This document shows positions 25,476 through 39,900 of a stretch of 64,000 nucleotides of DNA, one piece after another. The notes below the pieces were generated by a model. That model saw only the letters and a program-made list of their open reading frames with translations. It had not been told where the DNA came from and searched no databases. The translations under genes and the position numbers were made by a program. Origin of the DNA: Balanoglossus misakiensis (taxonomy: Eukaryota > Animalia > Hemichordata); assembly GCA_040954595.2 (NCBI GenBank), contig CM082598.2, positions 5,285,097-5,349,096 of the forward strand, read 5' to 3'. Every line of letters begins with the position of its first letter. The stretch's first letter is position 1.

Positions 25476-27252
25476 TATGCATGACAGCGCGATATTTTGC
25501 CAAAACATTATAATTGGAGTATAGTCATACAAAATGTTGATTTGGAGTTTATAAATCAGAAACGGGAATGTTTCGTCACTTTGATTCCCCCAAAAGCATC
25601 TGCGAAATGATGATACAGTGTTGCTATAGTAAACAGGGTCAAAGGTCAAAGCAGAGGTTTGCTGATCGTCTGCTTCAAAAGCTTTGGTCGTACACACGAT
25701 TTGTCAACAACGTACAGTGAACGTGGGCAGGCATTGAGCTCGGCGAATATTACAGCCAATATCGTGACAACCGCTGTATTTTTGGTAAGTACTTCTCCGG
25801 TATGTCTTTGAAATGTCCCAGGGCAGGGTGTTCGGTGAAGAAACGCAACCGTTTGTGGGCGTTTCTTCAAATTGTGTTCAATTTCGTGTTTTGAAAGGTC
25901 GCGCGAGACCGTCGTTCATTACAAATCAGTAGCAAGTCCTGATCTCTTCGACACGTTTCTCCGTCTCGCAAAATAAGTATTTCGTGTGACGTCTGAAGAC
26001 TAAATTTTACTGGTGAAATGTTTAGTTTTTAATTGAGAAGTTTGTAATTTTTCACCGTGACACACTTGTCTTGGCTGAGTGACTGTGGGCACGTACTGAG
26101 CTCTGACTGCAGTGAAGTTGTACACAACCTACACTGGCACACACGGTCATCTCGGATTACAACTATTGTCTGTGACCTACACACCCAGCAGCATTGCAAG
26201 GTCGACGCGGTGATTATGGCCGGGTCAGGGGGTAGGAGTGTCTGGTTTGGTGGTCCTGGCCACAAAACTGACCGCTCCTTTCGTACATTTCATGCCAGAC
26301 ACAGAAATGTACACTGAGACTCCATGGCAACCTGACGCGCAGATAACTTTCGCCGTACGGACCGACCGTATGGGGATCCCAAGTCGCCGTCGGACAGCGG
26401 TCAAGCAGTGTAGAATCGCATATGTGTTTTCTTTAGACCACAGACTATGACCAGCATATAATGTAAACAAAGTTCTCCGATATCCCCTCCCTGCCTTAGT
26501 TATTGACTAGCTCTTGAGATACGGTCTCATACTGTCGCATATAAGTCCAAAATCTGAAAAAGCAATTTTATTTATTAGTTTACTTTGGGAGGAGGTTTGA
26601 CCTTACTTCAATTATTGTACTTTCGCATTTATTTTGGTGATAGCATATTTCACAGAACACTGCAACCTCATACCACTTGACTTTTGCAATTTTTTGAAGA
26701 AAAAAATGCAGTTTCTCAAGTTTCGCATGTGTTACCCCCTAAAATTCCCTTTACCCTTAGCATCGAGAATAGCACATTTAAAAGAGTACCAATTTGAAAT
26801 GTCACTTTTACGTGACTCTCTCAATAGACATGTTTTTCTAGACCTGACACACCCTGTTTATTTATACGCAACTAGTATAGTATATCCATAGATCCTTGAA
26901 GCTCAGCCATATCCTGTAGTTGTTTTACAAGAACACTTTTTGGCTCACCTAGTATTATTATTAATCTTTATTTCAGACACAACCGTCCATAGAAATTAGT
27001 TACAAAAAAGAAACTGACAAAAACGCTAGAAAAGTAATAAATAAAATAAATTTTAAAAAATAATACTTTTAGGAATCAATGTAAAATGTTCAAAGTCATA
27101 TTGTCCTTTTAGAATTACATATAAGAAAAAAAGTCAGGGGTCACAAAAGGAGAACATCTGGAATCAAAAATACTTCATGGTAGGCTAGCTGCTGGAAGAC
27201 CAGTAAATTTCAAGGGTTACTCACAGCCATCTGATAATAAAAACAAATAGAA

Positions 27253-27463
27253 TACTGTACAACACTTTATTTTCGGGAGTTAAAATTTTCGCAATATCGA
27301 GAGAGGCCACTGTTTCGTGAGTATTAATTTTCGCGTTCTCTTATTTCATTCACTGCATCGTTATCCTCAAAAACATTTACGCGACTTTTTATTTTCACGC
27401 TATTTTGGCTCTTGCGTATTTCGCGAGAATTTATTGCTCGCGAAAATGAAGTGTTTTACAGTA
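27253..27463. mobile_element. MITE family C
   Basis: Same TIRs and body as 923-1134. Confidence 0.85.
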
Positions 27464-29647
27464 TTTTGTGATACTTAGAGGTTGGCACGACAAAATGCAT
27501 CATGTCTTTGCCATTTCCCCTTTTCTTGTCCAATCCCTGTTGTATAGGAATGAGACATTCCACAGGTCAATTTGTGAATGCAAAGAATACAATATATAGG
27601 CGCTGGTTATGTAATCTTTTGACAGTCAGCAGTCGCTCACGCCTTCTTTGTCTAGATCCAAGGTGAGTTCCGTGTGAATTCAGTATTTCATGTCACAGAA
27701 TGTAGCAGAGCTGTGCAGAACAACTTTGCACAGTTATACATAACATATGACTACAGCCAACAATACGACACAATATAATTAAGTGTCTGTTGACAGTCTT
27801 AGACTTGCTCCAAGTCTATGGGCTTCATTATGTGTAGGGAACGTGTAGGCCCATACGCTACCCGAAACCACAAGCTCAGTCCCAAATTCGAAACTCACCT
27901 CATTACCAAAAACACGCTCAAGGCAAGCATGCACGCAAAAAAAGTATTGCAATTATTTATTAAGACAAAACATCACCGAAAACACAAAAAGTATTGAGAT
28001 TTAAAAAACACCAAGCGACTAGTGGGCTAGTCTATTGACAGTCTATAATGTTCACTTACACTTACAGCTTATTTACCTGTAATCTTTGCAACAGGCAGAA
28101 CTGAAAGGTACCATTCTGACCATGGGCATACTACGTACGTCCATAATCAGATCAACCGACCGGGAGAGCTCTGGGCTAACCCCAAGGCCAAACCCAGGGG
28201 ATAGGGAATTCACTACATCTTTTTACCTATTTCAACTGCCCAATTTTCAATAATAAATTTATGATAAATTTGATGGCATTATTATATTGTAAACTTTTCC
28301 ACTATGTATGAACCAATTTTACAAATAGAAATTGGCAATTTCCACACATTGCATTTGCTCCCAAGTTCCATGACTGCATACGTGTGTGATTATATTTTTA
28401 CCATGTTACCTTCGACATACAATGATAGACTAGTTGGCTGACCTGCAATTCTGCAGATACAGGCAATCATACCCGTATCCTTTGGAGATGAGCTCTGCAG
28501 TACAAACATCTATTGATTGATCAGTTGATCATTATCTATGAGTGTCGCGCATCCGTAGACGTTACCTGGCAACCCTTTCACCATCGTGGTCTGGTCCAAA
28601 TCCATTGTCCTCTAGGGTAAAATTGGATCTCTAAAGTACAAAATGGGGTTGGAGGGGGGGGGGGGGGGTTAAAAGGGTTGAGTTTCATTCACCCCACTCA
28701 CAGTCACAGTGCATAAAAATAGCTGCATATATACTCCAAGGTGTATATATACTCATGGCTTATTGTTTCAGCATTGCTGAATCAGGAAACTGAGACTCGA
28801 TGACTGAAACTCTGTCAAATTCTGAGTGAGTACAATGTAATCCTGACAGAATATTACCTGTGTTATATCATGTATAATTATCATGATATGTGAAATGCAA
28901 GTGTAGCATGTAGTATTCTCATTGTGCTCAAAAGAATACACCCCACCACTCATGGAAATAACTTCTACTATACAGCGTTAGGCCTTGTGGCGTGGTATAG
29001 CCCAGATCATGTATTGAGGTCATTGCATTCTTATTCTCCCACCTTTTCTCTTTGTAGATTATCCGTTTTTAAAGAAATTGAAACAGAATTATTCAATTCA
29101 ACTGATACCAGATTGTAATTTTGATTTTTGACATAAAATTGTCAAATTATTGCATGTGGTATGCATCGGTGACCACAAAGGCTTATTATGATTGATGTAT
29201 ATTGCGGCACTAAACACAGGTGTGGTGATAAACACAATTTACCCATCTGTTACTGAGTCTCAGATGAGCAGTGTGGTGTGTTATCAGATCGTTTGATAAT
29301 GCATGTAGAGATCATCAAGTATTCCCAAGTGAATAATTCTGAATTCAGTGACTCAATCATTGTCATACTTTAGTCTGAGTATTGCACCTGCTTGACTGAA
29401 CAACCAGTAGAGTTTTGAATTTTTCATCACAATAATTCAATGATTTAGCATCTAATTGAAGAATTTGACTCACTCCATAAGAATTGTGAATTGCAAGAAA
29501 ACCTCTTTTATTGTCATTTCATGTAATTCTGCAAATGCTCAGTCAAAACAAGTTAAATTCATTGAGTGATAAAGTTATATTGTCACTTCTTTACTTGGAA
29601 AAAAAATGCCATGAAAGTGTTTTTGCCCCAAGGCAAACCAAGGTGCT

Positions 29648-29838
29648 TTAAAGGTATACAGTCACCCCAATTAACATACGCCCATATATGGCTGAAATGG
29701 CGTATTTGAGCGTTCAAAAGAACGCATGGTGTCGCTCTTTTTTCGCGTGTGCCACCCACTGAAAATCTGTGATTGGCTAGATTTCAATTTGCCATGGTAA
29801 CTCTAGCTAATTTTCCATAGGTGACCGTATACCTTTAA
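29648..29838. mobile_element. MITE family B
   Basis: TTAA-AGGTATACAGTCACC...GGTGACCGTATACCT-TTAA. Confidence 0.87.
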
Positions 29839-30896
29839 TTGTCTACTAAATTCACAGCCTTATGTTTCATTAACTAACACAGTGACCCTTACTTCAAATT
29901 TTTCAGTTAGTGGATCTGCATCCTCCATCTGTCTGTGCATCTATCTGTCCGACCGTCCATCTGGAGTCATTACTCAGACATGCGCCTGGACTGATTGCAT
30001 TCATTCACGCTTGGTACGTATACAGGGTTTGCATGCAAGCCAAATTATTTCATTGTGCAGACAAGGCTGAATATGTTTATTGAAATTATACACATTAATT
30101 TGTTGTACCGTATGATGTGATCTATATGGCACATCTGTACATGTACATGCACCTCTCCACCCACCCACTATTCCTAACCTTGGAACATATAACGGTACAT
30201 ATACTACATACATAGAAGCATACATGCAATATGTTATACATAATACAATAATTGCATACCCATCTACATGTACACATACATGTACGTACATACATTCTTC
30301 TACATGTGTTATGTACTATAAAGCTACTTACGTACATACCCACCCACCCATCTACCCACCCAAAAATCCACCCATCTACCCAACCAATCCATCCATCCAT
30401 CCATCCATCTAAAAATACAAGAAGATTCTTATGAGGGTGAAAAACTGCCTGAATGTTACAGCAGTTATTTTACAAATCTATCTTCAAAACATCAAAAGCT
30501 TTTTTAGAAAAATTGTAAGATAACGACATTTTTGCAATTATGTTTTTTTTTCAAACTTCGATGACATCCCAGGGTATACATGCAGTTATAAATCGTACAT
30601 GAGTAGCAACATGGTAAATTTAGAATGAGGATTAAAACTGACACAAGATGCCAGTGGCACGACTCGAGATTACAGTGTATTCTTCAATATATTTCCTATA
30701 TCTTTAAACTTTTATTGCATGTACAGCTTTTGCGTGATTCATTCAACAGTTTCTGCTGAGAGGTCTCAGGTGCTGTTTATTCTTATCTGCCTTAATATGT
30801 CTGATTATTAGAACGTCAATCTGTCAGCTCATTTTTCATTTTCTTCTAACTCCACAGACCTACACTGGCTTCCACACCAAGCCTCATAAGCACACC

Positions 30897-31091
30897 TTAA
30901 AGTTATATACGGTCACCGCCAATTTACATACGCCCATATATTTCTGAAATGGCGCATTTGAGTGTTCTAAAGAACGTATAGTGGTGCTCTTTTTTTCGCG
31001 TGTGCCACCCACTGAAAATATGTGATTGGCTAGATCCCAATTTACCATGGTAACTGTGGCTAAATTTGCATAGGTGACCGTATACCTTTAA
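30897..31091. mobile_element. MITE family B
   Basis: Same body and TIRs, TTAA-flanked. Confidence 0.85.
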
Positions 31092-32322
31092 TACACCAGC
31101 TGTTTCATCATCTTGTACTAATAACTTAAAAGGGAAAGAAAATTGATATCTACTGATATCCAATTTTGTTGAATGATTAATTTTGTTTCGAACAAGAAAT
31201 TACCTGTTTCTGCATACCTGGCATACATTTTCTTCATACATTATAGATGATTTGTAATTTTTCGTCCAGTGCATACATGAAATATATATCAAAATGCTGA
31301 TGATACGTACACTCATTGTAGTGACTGGTAGTATGGTATTTGAGTAATGGTCAGTCTTGTATCATGTGAATGGAGCCCCCAAACAGTGGTTAAAACAGTA
31401 CTTTGTAGATTTGTTCTTTTGTATGTAATTGTTGAAAAACTAAACAAAGAATGGTATTTTAGGATTGCCATTTTCAAATACCACACTTACATTGTACAGT
31501 GAATATAGCTTCTCTGGAATTCAGAATGGGTGTGTTGTTGTGATTACATGCATTACTGGTTTAATGACGAAAAAATCCATCTCGTTACAGGAAATAGCTT
31601 TGTAATTAATATATCACATAAAAAGGGTCTTAATTCACACTTGTAGAGGGTTTGTTAATTAAAAATATCTCTTTGGTGACAGGTTTTACGGTAATTATAA
31701 TTGTATGTATTGCTGGCCATACTAACCAATATTCATGCTATCACTCTTTTTCATCTTGCATCGTACAGAAACTCTCAGAACTCACCCAAAATACTGCTCA
31801 TCACATCGTCATAAACTAATCTCCACACCGTATAGTTGTCATGGAAACCTCTGCATCACTGTTGCCATGGGGACACGATAACATCTGTACGGTTTTCCTG
31901 ATGAGACGGTCTGTGCTGGGTGCGATACACCTTGGGGTATGAACGTTTCTGAGGAATTTGAGTGAAACAGCATCATCATGGCTTGCAACATTTACTTGCT
32001 ACGTGGCAATCACTGATTAATTCACCATTTCCGAACGTCTATCTCATGCTTTTTTTCCCGAAACTGACTTTGTCTGTCTTCTCAACTGAAAATGAAATGA
32101 CATCTGCACTCGTTGCGAAACTTACCGGACCTGTCATTTCCTGTCTCTTGGTATCTGTTACGAATCATGTATCTTTCCTGGGTGCTTGGTGGTCGCGTCT
32201 GCTGAATGGTACACTGACCTACAACTTCAGGATGTTAATTGTGCTAGTGGATAACACGTTACAACTATAGGCTGCTGCTTTATTAAAACACTCATTCAAT
32301 CGTTCTTCAAAAGACTCGAACA

Positions 32323-33832
32323 ATGTCTGAACCACTGCTGCGCGAGACCGACTTAAACAACGAGCAAGTTCTCGAAAGTGACGTCGAAGCGTCCAAAAGA
32401 AACGCTAAACCGAAACCGAATTATGGAACGTTCTCGTTTCTTCCCAACACCAACAGATGGCCACAAATCTCCTTCCCTTTCCTATGGATCTCTTCCAAGA
32501 TGACACTAGCGACCCCTTCCATTCAGATACAGATCGTCAGTGAAAATGACACAGACTATAGTGACTTGGAGCACCCTGATTATCAGGAGGATGTGGAAAG
32601 AGGGGACGACACCAATGTAGAGGAATTAGACATTGGTGATAGGCATCTGGAAGGTTGGTGGTTCTTTTCTTGTTTTGTATTCTGTACTGTATCAAGCCTG
32701 GGTTCTTGTTCTACTCTGTAAGACATAAAGAGTTGCTTAGTTTTTGTCTTTTCAACACAGCTGCCATTTAATAGTAATTTATAGCATTGTTATTATTGAA
32801 ATCCATCCCTATATATACATGTTTATATACAGGGTTGGTTGAGAACATTGTTATTACTGTATTGAAGTCGAGACCTATACAAAAATGTATGTATATACAT
32901 TGTTAGCTGAGTAAAGACTGAAATTTTATCAGAGTGCAATACTAGTTGATACATAGTTATGTAGGTATAGCATCAATTGATGCCAAAGTTATGACAGAGT
33001 TTGCATGTCAATTTCAACAGTTTTAATGAGAGTCTCCCCCCCCCCCCCCAATGAATCAATATAAAAATGTACAGATGCGTGATACCGGTATACACAATAT
33101 GAATCAATGATGTGTTTGCCAATTAAGTGACATACGGTACATGTGTAACATATGACATGACTCGTGTTATAATTACATTGCATATTATTTTTGTGAGGCA
33201 GATCATAATGACAGTATGCTATCAACGGTCTGGTCATTGAACTTTAGTATCCATGGTAACTGTGGCTAAATTTACATCTTCAATATATACTGTAAAACAC
33301 TTTATTTTCACAAGCAATACATTTTTGCGAAATACGCGAGAGCCAAAATAGCGTGAAAATAAAAAGTCGCAAATTTTTTTTGAAGATAACGATGCAGTGA
33401 ATGAAATAAGAGAACGCGAAAATTAATACTCGCGAAACAGTGGCCTCTCTCGATATCGCAAAAAAATTTAACTCGCGAAAATAAAGTGTTTTACAGTATT
33501 TTTATTGTACAATATACAGCTGCCCGAGAAATCCCATACAATAGTGTGCATGATGATGCTTTGCCGTTTGATGACGATGATAGGAAAGTTCTCATCCCTG
33601 GTGAAAGAATCACAGTGAAAATCACGGATGTTGACAGATACCCGACGCCGCAGTTGCTCAATCCTAATTTGTAAGTACATTGATGATATTCTTTTTTTTC
33701 AAAACTACATTTGTATAGATTACTCTGGCCAAATATAGTTAGATAAAACAAGGTCTACCTTGTAAAATTAAAGATTAAACAAGTCAATGTAACACAGCAT
33801 GTTTCATCATTACTGATTGACACAAAACAACA

Positions 33833-33907
<75 letters not shown>

Positions 33908-36900
33908 CTCCATCTGTCTGTCCATCTGTACTGTTCATCCATCTGTCTATCTATCTACAGAGTAGACAAAACACGACCATTTCAGACATGGCCTTACAGC
34001 TACAGTGTCATTCTCCTTGAATCATTACACATTCTTTGATGTTTACCTTCTAAACAGGTATGTGATTGAGCTACAACATGGGCCATTCTCATGGAAAATC
34101 AAAAAGCGGTACCATCATTTCAGAGAACTACATGATACATTGGTACTCTACAAGGCATCAATGAAGATTCCTGTTCCCACAAAAAGGTAAAATAACATTG
34201 GAAATTGCACATCTGCAAGATTCACAATAGGTGTATTGAACTCATAAACCTTAAAGGTATACAGTCACCTCCAATTTACATACACCCATATATGGCTGAA
34301 ATGGCGTATTTGTGCGTTCTAAAGAACTTATGGTGGCGTTCTTTTTTTCGCGTGTGCCACCCACTGAAAATCTGTGATTGGCTAGATCTCAAGTTTACCA
34401 TGGTAACTATAGCTATTTTTCCATTGGTGACCATATACATTGTACCTTTAACCCTTTCACCCCCAGTTCCCTCTTTAGAGGTCCAACCTTACCATAGAAA
34501 ACACTAAGGTTTGGACTGAACCATGGTGGTGAAAGGGATACTTAAAAAAGTAATTTGAGAAATAGCAGAAATAAATCACTTGCATTTTCCCCTTGCATTC
34601 GCAGATTAAAGGAGCGAAGAAGGACTTTTAAAAAGAACAGTTTACAGAACAAGGAGTTGCCAAGACTTCCAAGAAAGCTTGATGCCCTTATTACAGCTCC
34701 ACAGTTAGCCAGAAGAATGGTAAGACAAATTAATGTCAAATTTCTTTGCCAATTGAATAATATTACATTACAAGTGAAAACAGAATTTCCAACTTGATCA
34801 GTTCTGGGATAACCAATTAGGCTAGTGTAGTCTGGGTTAAGAACTTAGCACCTTTTTCACATCTCTGTACATAACCAATAGCACAAGCGAAATCCCCTGA
34901 AACAGATTCAATAGAAAGACCGCATACTTGGGTCTTAGTGGCATTTGGTTAACACTGCAGGTCCCAATACTGTTAGCCCAGTGTTAGCTATTTAACCCTA
35001 TCACCGTCATGGTTTGGTCCAAATCCACTGTTTTCTATGGTGCAGTTGGACGTCTATAGAGGGAACTGGGGGTGGAAGGGTTAAACATTTCTATCTACTT
35101 ATGAATTTAGCTGCAACCCCTATTCATCAGTATACAAATTTACCGGTAGTAGGAAAGTAAAATACTGGTATGTTATATAATGTTATGTGTGGATACAATG
35201 CAGGAAAAAGGATTTCCTGAGCGAGTGTGAGCTAACTGATATCGCAAGCTCATTAATATGATTACATCACTGAATACTATACAAAATTGCATAATAATAA
35301 TTTAGCCATTGATATTCTGGGTACCATCTCAAATGCTGTTGTATAATTTGTTCAAATTATGTACGGTAACATTCTCTCTTGATCTTGGGTGTACCCATAA
35401 TACACAACATATTTCTCTCACCAGTAAATATTCTACTTTAAACTTAAAGGTATACGGTCACCTCCAATTCACATATGCCCATATATGGCAGAAATGGCGT
35501 ATTTGAGACTTCTAAAGAACATATGGTGGCACTCTCTTTAGCTAGATCTCAATTTGCCATGGTAACTGTAGCTATGTTTGCATTATAGGTGACCATATAC
35601 CTTTAAAAGTATACGGTCTCCGGTGGAAAATTAGCTATAGTTACCATAGCAAATTGAGATCTAGCCAATCACATATTTTCAGTGGGACGTGGCACACGCA
35701 AAAAAAAAAGAGCGCCACCATATGTTCTTCAGAACGCTCAAATACGCCATTTCAGCCATATATGGGCGTATGTAAACTGGAGGTGACTGTATACCCCACC
35801 CAGGAACCTACATCATAGCTGTGTTATAGTTATGTGCTGTTACAACCTACTTTGTTTCACAGGGTTTGTGACAGAATTTGTATGATATGAATATAAATAG
35901 TTACTGAATATGCCCTGTGTATCTTCACCTTTTGTGTGTTCTGTATACTGCTGAGATTTACTCCTAGAGATCTTTTCTTTTTCGACTGATATTTTAATCC
36001 AGTATGATTTAAGTTGTCCCAATAGTATGGTATTGCAGGTCAGACCTAAGGTCACTTTCAATCCTGACAGAAAAACAGATATGCACAGTAGAATAAAAAC
36101 ACTATCAGCCTCATAAATTTGCTCGGAAATGGCATGCGCTATTAGTGCTGTTGGTTGTTTGTACAGAACCTGTCTGGGTTGAGAGATTAATCTGATACTG
36201 TTACCGTTATCAGAAATTCCTGGGGAGATGCACTGATTCTGCTGTGTTGCATGCATTCATGTTTTACTCTGTTATATGTAATGGGCACTTTATCAGTTCT
36301 TACCTGACCGACCATGCAGGTAATAGTTCAGATAACTGTTACCTGGAAATTATAAACTGTACTTGTGCAAACATGAAGACATCTGTTTGTGTATAAAGCA
36401 AATCATCTGATGCATAGATGACTAATTTTTTGTTATAATTAAAACACATTGATTGGCCATATCTAGGTAACAGCATGATAGCATCTGTCTTCTCGTAGGT
36501 CTGTGGGTCACCTAAAAATAGCATTCAACCTCAGGTATTAAAGAGACCATGGGTGACTCACATTTCCTTGCGTAAACAGCTGTATACCCCCATGGCCAGT
36601 CAATATATGTATACTATTGCCTCATAGCCTGATGTAACCTGTGCTACTATGATGTATTTGTATGAGGTGCTAAATTTGCTAACCCAGGCTGCTTGGGTTA
36701 CTCCAGGGCTGATCCTAAGTTTTGATCAGTACTGTATAGAATGACAATTGAAATTTGTTAAATGTTATGCTTATAAAAAACAAGTGTACTAAAAGCATAC
36801 ATTGTAGATCAACATTATTAACTCATAAATAATGCATGTGAGAATAACATCAAATAAAAATGAATGGTGATTCATAGAACATAAAATAAATATGATTTAT

Positions 36901-39900
36901 ATCATTATCAACCTTATATATATTTCTAGCTTGTTTTCAGCATGTGTTAAAATATTTTTTTCCAGCTCCATAGCCATAGTGACCCAGTAACATCAACAGA
37001 TATGTCTGTATGTACATATAAGTTGTGATTGTCATTTGTCAATAGCAGATTAAAGGGACACCCATTAAGCTATAATTAACATAAATTTACATATATCATT
37101 TATGTGGTGGCACACTTTTGTTTCATTTGATCCAAGTGAAAATTGGTTACTATTGTCATGTAATATATGGCTTATGTGGTATCTTTATACCAGAGGCTGT
37201 GTCCCTTTAATACTGCATTGATACCAGTGACTGTGTCCCTTTAATACTGCATGATGAGAGATGTTCTGTTTTTACCCCATGTAAATGCAAGGCACCAACA
37301 ATTGCAGCATAATACATATATACAGTAAAACCTGTCTAAACCATTCTAATCTGGAAACCTGTCTTTATCGAACACGTTTTCACACAGAACAGTTTGTTAA
37401 TTTAAAAAGAACCTCTATTTCAGAGTAAAACTGACAAAATTGGCTTAAAAAGTGAAAATTTACTTGTGTTCGCAAACGACAATTTGGAATAATTCTGTTG
37501 TGAATGATATTTTCGTGAGCTGCAGAAATCAATCCTGAATAATCTTTCAAAACAAGGAGACTTGTATTTTCATGGGGACTTTGCAAGAACATCTTTTCTG
37601 TGTGTGTAATTGCTACTGCATGCTGTTCATGTTTCCGTGACAGTCGTGTGGGGCTCCCGTACAATTATAAAGCCGTGTAAACTGCTTTATGCATAATTCA
37701 TAAACTGTAGAAAATATGCACATATGCTTGAACACAATGATTGCCAATTTGTAGTTTGCAACGCAGGTTTTGTGTGAATACATTGGTGTCATGCAAAGAG
37801 TGATGAAGTCTAAAACTGTGTGGCAATGGCTTAAAGGGACAAAGTCTCTCTCTCGCTGCCCCTTTTCCATTGATTATGTTTGATACAAGACACCGTTTGT
37901 TATTGTACATGTGGATATATAGTGAATCAGCGTTCGACCACACACGTACAACTTCCATCCCGCTTGTATAATAATATGAGAGTAAAAATTCGGCCAAAAT
38001 TAATAAATGGTAAAGACCGATTATTCATTTTTGCGAGTTTTTCACTCTCGTGTCTACAAGTGGGATGGAAGTTGTGTGTGCATGGTTGAACGTTCATTCA
38101 TTATATCCACATGTAGAATAACATGAACGGTGTCTTGTATCAAACATATAATTAATGGAAAAAGGCCAGTGAGAGAGAGACTTTGTCCCTTTAATTTAAC
38201 CTTCACAAATCTGCAACTCACTTTCAACGAAGCTTTTTGTTTTGTGCTATTATATTGTCACATCCTCATGCAATCAGCCAGCACTTTGTTGGAATTCAAA
38301 TTAATTATTCCGCTCTATGGCTGGTAAAACTGTGTTGTATAATTCTGACAGCCATATGGAAGATTGAATTGTGGTCGTGTGTGTCGACTATACTGGACTC
38401 TCCCTGGAGATGTGTGATTTTACTCAGCTGAACTGATAGTGGATTCAGAAAGCATACATAGTATAGCGACATACTCGACAGTTATCTGGTTGATAATTAT
38501 CACTGAGGGGCAGCTGTTAATTCACTATTATATAAACTTATTTTGTGGCAGCATTTAGTGCTTTGTGTATTTCCCAAGATATCGCCAATTGGGCAACAGT
38601 TGGAAGCTCCATTAGTTGTTATGATGTACTATTTAAGCAATAAAACACCCCCAGCCATGGTATATCACGAGATTTTGACCAGTTCACGACATATACGCAC
38701 GAGCGATAGCGAGTGCGTATATGGAGTTGAACTGGTCAAAATCGAGTGGTATACCATGGCTGGGGTGTTTTATTGCTATTATATTATGCCAGTATATTGA
38801 AACTTTGCATAAAACATTTTAAAAAGGCATTTTCTTTAACTATGATATATGACTGTGGTATATGGCTAATATATCACGGTCACGTGTCGTGTCTCGACCA
38901 ATCAAATAGCGTGATTTACACCATCAATATACTGGTATAATATAATGGTATTTATGCTCTGGGTAACAACTTCATTTTCTGGGTTTCGGCCCAGGTTGGC
39001 AAAAAATAGCATTTCATTTATTGTCCAATGTCCTTGGCACGTTGAATTGAAGCCTTGCGGAGTTTTATATATTAATCTGCCAGCAATAACAATTGTCATT
39101 GCTTGCATGCAGGTTTTTTTTAACATGCTGCATTGTAAGGAGGAGAAAAAGAGAAAAAGTGCTTTATACACACAACAAAAATAGTGAAAATAAAATAGGC
39201 AAAAGTAACAGCTTATCAGCCTTTGCTTTTATAACCAGCAGATTAATAACACATGCTTCATGCCGGAAAATAATGCTGTAGTAATTATAGTGATAATTTT
39301 CATGCTTGGAGCAAAATCATAAGGCTACATCATTAAATGCACTAAATATAAATTAAAGGTATACGGTCACCTATGGAAAATTAGTCATAGTTACATGGCA
39401 AATTGAGATCTAGCCAATCACAGATTTTCAGTGGGTGGCACACGAGAAAAAAAAGAGCGCCACCATGTGTTCTTTAGAACGCTTAAATATGCCATTTCAG
39501 CCATATATGGGCGTATGTAAATTGGAGGTGACTGTATACGGTACTTTAATGTGAGTTGCTGGGACTTGCTGCTAAAATTTGTTAACAAACAAAACAACAA
39601 TTCGCTCCTGTAGAGGGCGACATTGTGACCTTCACTGCTCCACCAGTGCCCCCCTCTTGAGGAACCACCACCAAATATTAGGGTAGGGGACTATACCCAG
39701 ATCTACTTCAGTGCATGTATGTTTATCAAATCCATGATCATACATGTAAAATTTCAAGAAATCGCTACTGTAAAACACTTTATTTTCGCGAGTTGAAATT
39801 TTTCGCGATATCGAGAGAGGCCACTGTTTCGCGAGTATTAATTTTCGCGTTCTCTTATTTCATTCACTGCATCGTTATCTACACAAAAAATTACGCAACT

